NCBI GenBank assembly: GCA_041666225.1
Contig: JBAYHJ010000001.1
Span: 65,881-129,880 of the forward strand
DNA length: 64,000 nt
Reading direction: 5' to 3'
Origin: Minisyncoccota bacterium
GTDB lineage: Bacteria; Patescibacteriota; Minisyncoccia; Phycocordibacterales; UBA9973
A model generated the notes under the pieces. The model ran no database searches and was not told where the DNA came from. It worked only from the letters and a program-made list of their open reading frames with translations. This document shows positions 9,185 through 16,654 of the stretch, piece after piece. A program made the translations under genes and the position numbers. Within the stretch, counting starts at the first letter, position 1, and each line of letters begins with the position of its first letter.

Positions 9185-10046
9185 ATATAAGAATAAAATA
9201 CAAACTAATATCAAAGCAAATGTCCAGGCAAGGCTTGGACATGTTCATAGTGCAAAGAAATCACTGGGGCAAAATTTTTTAAAATCGAAACCCGTACTTA
9301 AAATGATGTGTAAAGCAGGTAGTGTTGTAAGTAGTGATGTTATTTTAGAAATCGGACCAGGTAAAGGGGCTCTGACTAGTAACCTTTTATTGGGAGCTAG
9401 AAAAGTTTTAGCTATTGAAAAAGATAATGAACTATTTGAATTCCTGAAAGAAAAATTTGCAAGTGAAATAAAAAATAAAACACTTCAATTAATACACGAA
9501 GATATTTTAAACTTAGAAGTAAAAAAATTTGGACTTAAGAAAAATGAATATAAAATAATTGCAAATATCCCATACAATATTACTGGGGCAATATTTAAGA
9601 AATTTTTATCAAATGAGACACAACCAAAGACAATGATTCTACTTGTTCAAAAAGAAGTTGCTGAAAGAATTGTTGCTAAAAATAAAAAAGAAAGTATCTT
9701 ATCCTTAAGTGTCAAAGCTTACGGGGAACCTAAATATATAATGAAAGTGGAGAAGAGATTTTTCTCTCCTGCTCCAAAAGTAGATTCTGCTATTATTGCA
9801 ATAACTAATATTTCTAAGAAAAACTTCGCATCGGAAATAGAAGAAATTAATTATTTTAATATAATCAAGGCTGGTTTTGCCCACAAAAGAAAAATTCTAT
9901 GTAAAAACCTAACATCTGTCCAGGCAAGGCCTGGACAAGTGGGGAGGATTTTTGAAAAATTAAAAATTAATCCAAAAGCTCGGGCTGAGGATATAAAAAT
10001 TGAAAATTGGCTTGAAATATCTCGTCTTTTATCCACAGATATTTAG
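9174..10046 (+). CDS. rsmA: 16S rRNA (adenine1518/1519-N6)-dimethyltransferase RsmA/KsgA
   Basis: SLGQNFL at the N-terminus, SAM-binding EIGPGKGALT, NIPYNIT, and a C-terminal KsgA-like tail. The start is uncertain: ATG 9174 overlaps the transposase gene end. Confidence 0.85.
   Translation: MINKYKNKIQTNIKANVQARLGHVHSAKKSLGQNFLKSKPVLKMMCKAGSVVSSDVILEIGPGKGALTSNLLLGARKVLAIEKDNELFEFLKEKFASEIKNKTLQLIHEDILNLEVKKFGLKKNEYKIIANIPYNITGAIFKKFLSNETQPKTMILLVQKEVAERIVAKNKKESILSLSVKAYGEPKYIMKVEKRFFSPAPKVDSAIIAITNISKKNFASEIEEINYFNIIKAGFAHKRKILCKNLTSVQARPGQVGRIFEKLKINPKARAEDIKIENWLEISRLLSTDI
9221..9241. repeat. REP-like palindrome copy c (TGTCCAGGCAAGGCTTGGACA)
   Basis: Downstream of the transposase stop, inside the rsmA N-terminal region (encodes VQARLGH). 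Confidence 0.8.
9917..9937. repeat. REP-like palindrome copy d (TGTCCAGGCAAGGCCTGGACA), inside rsmA
   Basis: Perfect 9-bp arms. In-frame, encoding SVQARPGQV; followed by agtgggg. Confidence 0.8.
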
Positions 10047-10064
10047 GCTATTCTATTAAAAGGT

Positions 10065-10072
10065 TGTATAAT
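10065..10072 (+). promoter_or_regulatory. Putative -10 element (TGTATAAT) for the downstream gene
   Basis: tTGTATAATt lies 6 nt upstream of the heptamer array; no clear -35. Confidence 0.3.
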
Positions 10073-10076
10073 TTAA

Positions 10077-10144
<68 letters not shown>

Positions 10145-10146
10145 TT

Positions 10147-11031
10147 ATGAATAATTTTCAAAAATATCTTCCAAGTAAAAAATTTATATCAATTGTTTTT
10201 ATTATTGTTATACTTATAGCACTATTTTTCGGAATCAAAGAAATAATATCTATATTTAAAAATAAAAAGACATCCAACGGGGAACCTATTAAAATGACTA
10301 TCGGGGGAATAATCCAAAAAGATAGCAATAAAAATGGAATTGCTGATTGGGAGGAATACCTCTGGGGACTTGACCCAAATAAAAACGGCCCAGAAAATAA
10401 AGAATTTATTTTGGCAAAAAAGAAAACATTGGAACAAAATGGGGTTATTTCAATGGATGATGATTCTAAGCAGATAACAGACAACGAAATCCTTTCTCGA
10501 GAATTTTTTGCAACAATCATATCCCTACAGCAGACAGGGGAGATCAGCCAAGAATCACTTGATTCTGTAGCTCAGGCTGTTGGGCAAAAAATCGAAGCGA
10601 CCCCAATACCAGACATATATAAAAGTGACATGCTTACAATAGAAAATGATTCCGCTCTGGCAAATCAAAAATATCACGAAGCAATATCTAACCTTATAAA
10701 TTCATATGAAAATGCTGACATAGGAACTGAATTAATCCTTGTGGCAGAAGGGTTAAAAACCCAAGACCCTCAAGCTTTATATGCTGCAAAAACAGTTGCT
10801 GTGGCATACCGATCTTTTGGTAACGACCTAACAAAAATCGCAGTGCCTAGGTCTCTAACACAAACACACCTATCTCTTGCTAATAATTATGAAAAAACTG
10901 CCCAATCCATAGAAGGTTTAGCTAAAATGCTAAACGACCCAACGATTGGGATGAGTTCAATTATAAATTACAAAAAATACAGTGACGCAATCGCAACAGA
11001 CCTAGAAAAACTTTCAAATATTTTACAATAG
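10147..11031 (+). CDS. Membrane-anchored hypothetical protein (N-terminal TM, extracytoplasmic domain)
   Basis: N-terminal [18 protein letters not shown] helix; no known motif. Confidence 0.5.
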   Translation: MNNFQKYLPSKKFISIVFIIVILIALFFGIKEIISIFKNKKTSNGEPIKMTIGGIIQKDSNKNGIADWEEYLWGLDPNKNGPENKEFILAKKKTLEQNGVISMDDDSKQITDNEILSREFFATIISLQQTGEISQESLDSVAQAVGQKIEATPIPDIYKSDMLTIENDSALANQKYHEAISNLINSYENADIGTELILVAEGLKTQDPQALYAAKTVAVAYRSFGNDLTKIAVPRSLTQTHLSLANNYEKTAQSIEGLAKMLNDPTIGMSSIINYKKYSDAIATDLEKLSNILQ

Positions 11032-11065
11032 ATGATAAGATTGATATAATTAGAGTAGCTATATT

Positions 11066-14000
11066 ATGAAAAAACAAAATTTAACAAAAATAATTGGAAT
11101 GGTTATTATGTTTATTTTTGTATTCTCTTTCGTGCAAATTATTTTACCTACAAACATCAACGCGGCAAGCCAGATAGACTGGGAAAACCCAAATAAATCA
11201 GGTAAAACCTACAATAAATATAAATTTAAAATCACAGACGTGGTCAATTCCGACGTAGCCATGCAGGTTATCGGATGTACTGGAGTAGTAAATAAAGTCT
11301 CTACTTGGATGCAAAAATTGGCCACAGACAAGTTGAAAGATATAGCATATGATAAATTGTTAAAACAGGCAAAGAAAGCCTGTCGGTCTGGAGAAAAGGT
11401 TGCTGTCAATTCGGCGGGGGCTATTATAAACGTTAATGATCTTACTTCCGGAGTGGATATGTTGTTTGATTGTGGTGAAATCATGCAAACAGAAGATGGA
11501 AAAACTCTACGATACTTTACTGAGGAAAAAAAAGCAACAGAAAAAAGAGATAATATGGAGCAATGCTTCAGTGGTATTGCTACAACTCTCGCAAAAAACC
11601 AATTAACCGCCATGACTCGTAGTGCCGTCAGTTGGGTAAATACTGGTTTTAGTGGAAACCCACTTTATGTTCAAAATATAACTTCGCTTACAAATAGCAT
11701 TGAAAGAAACGTTTTAGAGGAAGGAATGAATAAATTTAAAAACCCCAACAATGCATACCCATATGGAAGTGCTTTTTCTCGTTCTGTTATAAGTGGGTAT
11801 AGATCTGGAGGAATTTTTGGGAGTGGTAATAATGCACTTGATAATCTGACTTCTGATTTATCTGCATTTATTTCTGACCCAGTTTCATATAGTTCTGGAT
11901 CAGATGAGAGAACTGCTCTTCAGAGATCGAAAGACGCCAATATTGCATTTTCAAATGACTTCTCAACTGGGGGTTGGGATGGATGGCTTGCTTTTACCCA
12001 AAGAGATTCAAACAACCCTCTTGGATTTACAATGCAAGCAGCTCAAAATCTAGCTGATGATATAGCTCAACAAAAAAACAATACTGAAAATGAATTAATC
12101 CAAAATGATGGTTTTTTGTCTCAAAAAAAGTGTACCTTATGGCAAGTACATGATAGTACCACAGGAGTAATCGCTATGAAGTGGGACCCCGTTGAACATA
12201 AGATAAAAAACTTTACCAGTAAAACCAAAACTAATAGTTTTGATGAGTGTAAAGAATGGGAAACAATCACTCCAGGAAGTATTATAAAAGAACAAATGAG
12301 TGCTTACATAACTTCACCTGTTCGTCAGCTCGAACTTGCTGACACTATCAATGAATCTTTAAATGCAGTATTTTCAATATTGATGTCAAAACTTCAAAGC
12401 AATGGCCTAACAGGTCTTTCTTCTGAAGAATATGCATATACAGATGAAAATATGAATTGGACAGATAATTCGTCCAATGGAGGTCTTGGAGGGGCCAATT
12501 TATATGATAATAATGGAGCTTATAGTAGTGGTTTTGATCTTACTCGTGACCTTGGTAATACTTATATTTATGACGAGCCAACCAAAATTGGAACTTGGAA
12601 CGCAGATTCTGAAGTTAATTTAACTGATAAAAACCAAAGTCTGTATTCCGATCTTGCTCCAGTTGCTTATGATGAAATTACTAAACCTAAAACTTCAAAT
12701 ATTTATTACACAGTGAGTAATTCTGGAAAAACCAAACTCGTAACAAATGGTTACAATGGTTGGGCGATAGGAGATCGAGCTTTTTGGAATGGAAGCTCGT
12801 GGCAAAACTGGAAGAAAGACCAGACAAATCCGATAAAAAAGAGGGGGGTAATTCAAATTCAAAAGGATTATATAGTCGCAGCAAAAGAATCTTTACAATT
12901 TTTACCAAATGTTATGCCAAAACTTGGTGAACTTGACTACTGTATCCCCGGACCAAACCCAAGTTACAAAATAAACGTCGGACAAAATCAATCATTGTAT
13001 ACAGATTGGGTTGGAACTCTTTCTGGAGTCTACGATCAAAATGGTATATTTGAAAGAGACTCAACGCAATATCACATTGCTCAACCAGGAGACAAAGAAT
13101 ATGACGACTGGAAAAATATTTTTGATGATAATCCCAGTGTTTGGAGTTGGCTAGCAAAAGACGCAGGAACAGAAAAACATGCTCCGCACTTTTATTATTC
13201 CCATCCACTTATGTTAGGAAATGGAAAAGATAAGAATGATGAAAGTGAGGCTAAACACACAAATTGGATGGATAATTATATGTACATGGTCAACAATTAT
13301 ATGTTTACCAACTTCTATGAGGTGTTTGATAAGATGATGAATAAAACATATTTTGCAAATATAACTACAGAATATTTACAAAACGAAAAATATCCAGTAA
13401 ATATAGATCTAGATAAAAATCCATCATACATCCCCATGGCGGAGGAAGGTCTAGCTCTTACAAAAGATATTGTTTCATACGATGAAGATATAAACTCTGT
13501 TATGGATCAGTATAGAAGTGATATCGCTCAAGCTAACGCCAATATTGGAAAATTAGAAACTATTAAAAGACAAGTTAGCAATATCATAAAAGCAGCTCAA
13601 GATCGCCGTGATGCTAATCTGATTGAGCAAGTAAATAAGATAAATTCTTTAGCTATAGAAAATTGTAAGGCTGCACAAGTAGAATGTGATAATAGTACAG
13701 AAAACGTTAGTCTATGTTTGGAGGAATATAATATTTGCATAGAAAATTCAGTAAAAAGTGGTGGTATCTTGACTAATGAACAATATAAAGCAAAATATAA
13801 AGAATGTTTAGATGAAGAAGATATCCTTTATTATGATGATTCAGATATTATGAATGATCAAACAGGAGAAAGATGTAACAACAACCTTGATGATGACATG
13901 GATGGACTAATAGATATCAAAGATCCAGACTGTAGAGATTCTGTTATCGAAGCGCACTGCGAGACTAATTCTCTAAATTATGAAACTTCTAGAATTGTTC

Positions 14001-14188
14001 ATGGTTTTACTCCAGTTTCCTGTAAAGCACAAGATAGTGCGTTAAAAAATACTGGGGCAACAGAACAAGTTAGGGAATCGAGCTGTCTTTCCTATTCATA
14101 TTACACTGCCAATAATGGGAAAGATGAATCTACTGATCCATATATCATATATAATTGTAATTGGATACCAAAAAAAATAATTAATTAA
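11066..14188 (+). CDS. Giant secreted Cys-rich protein with C-terminal thrombospondin-type-3-like Ca-binding motif
   Basis: Signal-peptide/TM N-terminus (MVIMFIFVFSFVQIILPTNINA) and many Cys. CNNNLDDDMDGLIDIKDPDC near the C-terminus. Confidence 0.5.
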   Translation: MKKQNLTKIIGMVIMFIFVFSFVQIILPTNINAASQIDWENPNKSGKTYNKYKFKITDVVNSDVAMQVIGCTGVVNKVSTWMQKLATDKLKDIAYDKLLKQAKKACRSGEKVAVNSAGAIINVNDLTSGVDMLFDCGEIMQTEDGKTLRYFTEEKKATEKRDNMEQCFSGIATTLAKNQLTAMTRSAVSWVNTGFSGNPLYVQNITSLTNSIERNVLEEGMNKFKNPNNAYPYGSAFSRSVISGYRSGGIFGSGNNALDNLTSDLSAFISDPVSYSSGSDERTALQRSKDANIAFSNDFSTGGWDGWLAFTQRDSNNPLGFTMQAAQNLADDIAQQKNNTENELIQNDGFLSQKKCTLWQVHDSTTGVIAMKWDPVEHKIKNFTSKTKTNSFDECKEWETITPGSIIKEQMSAYITSPVRQLELADTINESLNAVFSILMSKLQSNGLTGLSSEEYAYTDENMNWTDNSSNGGLGGANLYDNNGAYSSGFDLTRDLGNTYIYDEPTKIGTWNADSEVNLTDKNQSLYSDLAPVAYDEITKPKTSNIYYTVSNSGKTKLVTNGYNGWAIGDRAFWNGSSWQNWKKDQTNPIKKRGVIQIQKDYIVAAKESLQFLPNVMPKLGELDYCIPGPNPSYKINVGQNQSLYTDWVGTLSGVYDQNGIFERDSTQYHIAQPGDKEYDDWKNIFDDNPSVWSWLAKDAGTEKHAPHFYYSHPLMLGNGKDKNDESEAKHTNWMDNYMYMVNNYMFTNFYEVFDKMMNKTYFANITTEYLQNEKYPVNIDLDKNPSYIPMAEEGLALTKDIVSYDEDINSVMDQYRSDIAQANANIGKLETIKRQVSNIIKAAQDRRDANLIEQVNKINSLAIENCKAAQVECDNSTENVSLCLEEYNICIENSVKSGGILTNEQYKAKYKECLDEEDILYYDDSDIMNDQTGERCNNNLDDDMDGLIDIKDPDCRDSVIEAHCETNSLNYETSRIVHGFTPVSCKAQDSALKNTGATEQVRESSCLSYSYYTANNGKDESTDPYIIYNCNWIPKKIIN

Positions 14189-14199
14189 TAAAAAATTGT

Positions 14200-16527
14200 A
14201 TGGAAAATCAACCAAGAAAAAGTAAAGCGTTCATAATTACAATCATAGCTATTGTATTGCTTTTGGTGGCTGGATATTTCCTATACAAGAGTGCAAAAAA
14301 TTCTTCCTCGACAAATATTATTTCAAGAATTTTCTCTCCATTAAGTTCTTCAAATAATTCGAAGGGCATCTCGGCTCAAGCAGGGGAAGACATAAAACAA
14401 GGTGACCAAGTATACACGGCAAGTACAAATACAAATGGTAACCCGATCGTTATGAAAGTTGTAGGAAGTGGAGCACTGAGTTCCGACAAAGTATTGGGAA
14501 TTGCCATTGGTAATATAAATAACGGAGAATTTGGAAGAGTTGAATTTAATACTCCGGGTTCAAATAGTTTCCTAGATTCTTTTTCAAATTTTATAAATGA
14601 TTTATTTACAGGCAACACTGGCAGTGGTGGTACTGGTACAGGAGGAAATGGTACTGGGGGTAATGGAACGGGTGGTGAATATTTACAAGTATGTAGTGAC
14701 ACTTTAGACAATGACTCTGATGGATTGATAGATACTCTCGATCCACAGTGCCACACCGATGGTGATGCTACAAATGCTAGTTCATATGCACCTACACATT
14801 ATTCTGAATTAAATTCACCTGGAGGTGGAGGTACTGGTGAATACACAGTACAGTGTAACGACAAAATAGACAATGATGCCGATGGATTGATTGACGCACT
14901 TGATCCACAGTGCCACGTTGATGGTGATTTAGCAAAAACATATATCCCAACTCATTATTTAGAAGCATCTTTACCAGGAGGTGATTATAAAATGCAGTGT
15001 AATGACACTTTAGACAATGATTCTGACGGATTGATAGATACTCTTGACCCACAGTGCCACACCGATGGTGATGCTACAAATGCTAGTTCATATGCACCTA
15101 CACATTATTCTGAATTAAATTCACCCACAGGTATATGTGCAAACGGAGCGACAAATTACCCAATTTGTACTATTGATATACCAGCGGGCCAACCCGACTT
15201 AACAGCAGGAAGGGTCACTCCTATTAGTGCCACGATCGATACTCCAACAACTCTTTCCTCTATCATTACAAATGAAGGAGATGGAGCAACTGGATATAAT
15301 TTCTCAGGCTTGTTCACAATTATAAAAAATTCTGACACAAATAGCACAACGACAAATGGTGCTGTTTCTAAGTCAATAATTAAAAATTTCATAGCTCGTA
15401 TTTTAAATAAAATATCTTGGATATCTAAAGCTATCGCATCAAATGAAATCGAGTACAGTGTCGTAGTTCCAGCTCTTTCGCCAAAAACAGGAAATGTGGC
15501 AACTGTCTCATATACTTTCAATTCCACGGGGACATACAATATCCGAGCCTGTGCAGATAAAAGATACTCAAGTGACACAGGAATAATTCCAGAATCAAAT
15601 GAGGACAATAATTGTGGACCGTGGGTCACCCTTACTGTCTCTGGATCATTGCCACCTCCTGGAGAAGAGTGTGCAAATGGAGCGACAAATTATCCTTTAT
15701 GTATCCTTGGCGATGATACACTTACACAGTGTAGTGATACCATAGATAATGATGGCGATAGTAAAATAGATGAATTAGACCCAAATTGTCATACAGATGG
15801 TGATTTGACAAAAGCATATCTAAGAGATCATGATTCTGAAGCCACTTCAACAATAACAGAAATAATTGAAGAAAATAAATGCCTACTGATAGAACAAAAT
15901 CCACTTATCTTTACTGATACAGAAAAAGCAAAATTGGCTGAGCTTCTACGTAAATTTTACTTAATATCATCCACCCTAAGGACAGAAGAAGACATCGTGG
16001 CAGTATATAGTGAGATAGACCAATATAAAAATTTTATCGCCCAAACAGACGATCTAATAGGTAGGTGTTATAAAGAAGTTGCTATTGTACAAAACAAGGG
16101 TGGTGGTGGAGGGTGGGTTAGAAATGGTAATCCTTGGTATCGAAAAGAAAAAGGGGGAACAGCCCCATATGGAGGAAATGGAATTTACACAGATTTTAAT
16201 ATTTTAGAGGGCAATGAGGGAAGAGTATATCAAGATGGAAAAGGTCCTGGGTGTAAGGCTGTGTCTGGTTATTTTTATGGTGGAAACCTTCTAAAAGATG
16301 CCATAATACATTATCCTCCAGCAGATGGTGGTGATGTAGTGGTTGGATATGCTGGGGCTAGTTGTGATTCAGTCAATACACAACCTTTCGATTGTTATCA
16401 AGTGAATAGTACTCTTTATGGGAATAACACTAATCTCCTTAAAAAAGAAGCACTGTTAGGTGCTGGGTGTAAGTGGAAAGAAGGAGTTTACCTTGATGGA
16501 GTAGAGAGAATTCTGGAGATTTGGTAG
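14200..16527 (+). CDS. Membrane-anchored surface protein with GTGGNG repeats and four thrombospondin-type-3-like (DxDxDGxxDxxDPxC) repeats
   Basis: N-terminal TM. Four C(S/N)DT(L/I)DNDxDGLIDxLDPQCH modules, two of them about 95% identical at the DNA level (14696-14826 vs 14998-15128). Confidence 0.5.
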   Translation: MENQPRKSKAFIITIIAIVLLLVAGYFLYKSAKNSSSTNIISRIFSPLSSSNNSKGISAQAGEDIKQGDQVYTASTNTNGNPIVMKVVGSGALSSDKVLGIAIGNINNGEFGRVEFNTPGSNSFLDSFSNFINDLFTGNTGSGGTGTGGNGTGGNGTGGEYLQVCSDTLDNDSDGLIDTLDPQCHTDGDATNASSYAPTHYSELNSPGGGGTGEYTVQCNDKIDNDADGLIDALDPQCHVDGDLAKTYIPTHYLEASLPGGDYKMQCNDTLDNDSDGLIDTLDPQCHTDGDATNASSYAPTHYSELNSPTGICANGATNYPICTIDIPAGQPDLTAGRVTPISATIDTPTTLSSIITNEGDGATGYNFSGLFTIIKNSDTNSTTTNGAVSKSIIKNFIARILNKISWISKAIASNEIEYSVVVPALSPKTGNVATVSYTFNSTGTYNIRACADKRYSSDTGIIPESNEDNNCGPWVTLTVSGSLPPPGEECANGATNYPLCILGDDTLTQCSDTIDNDGDSKIDELDPNCHTDGDLTKAYLRDHDSEATSTITEIIEENKCLLIEQNPLIFTDTEKAKLAELLRKFYLISSTLRTEEDIVAVYSEIDQYKNFIAQTDDLIGRCYKEVAIVQNKGGGGGWVRNGNPWYRKEKGGTAPYGGNGIYTDFNILEGNEGRVYQDGKGPGCKAVSGYFYGGNLLKDAIIHYPPADGGDVVVGYAGASCDSVNTQPFDCYQVNSTLYGNNTNLLKKEALLGAGCKWKEGVYLDGVERILEIW

Positions 16528-16529
16528 TT

Positions 16530-16625
16530 TGAATTAATTAAGAATTAATAATTAAGAATTAAGAAGGGGGAGTAGTAAGGAAAAAAGTAATTAAGAATTA
16601 AAAATTACGAATTAAGAATTGGGAA
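16530..16625. repeat. AT-rich dispersed intergenic repeat cluster (AATTAAGAATTAATAATTAAGAATTAAGAA ... TAATTAAGAATTAAAAATTACGAATTAAGAATTGGG)
   Basis: Built from the AATTAAGAATT / TAATAATTA(C/A)GAATT units that recur at 20571, 21036-21137, 32386, 61641, 62626 and 63301. Confidence 0.7.
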
Positions 16626-16654
16626 AGTACGAGAAAAGAGAAAAAATAAATAGG

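Larger units (their letters stand above)
8466..9244 (+). mobile_element. REP-RAYT-like unit: transposase gene bracketed by oppositely oriented REP-like hairpins
   Basis: Copy a (loop CTT) lies upstream and copy c (loop AAG) downstream in inverted orientation. This is the classic REP-RAYT layout. No IS terminal inverted repeats are seen. Confidence 0.45.

Noticed and set aside
14696-15128. Possible DGR template/variable repeat pair (near-identical 130-bp repeats in a surface-protein gene)
   Set aside because: The differences between copies are not adenine-specific (G>A, C>T and T>C changes). Both copies are in-frame coding modules of the same gene. No reverse transcriptase gene is present in the window. 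The repeats are better explained by tandem domain duplication.
16619-16654. TTG start at 16619 for the VirB6-like gene
   Set aside because: The extension (GKYEKREKINR) lies inside the AT-rich repeat cluster. ATG 16655 gives a classic signal peptide.
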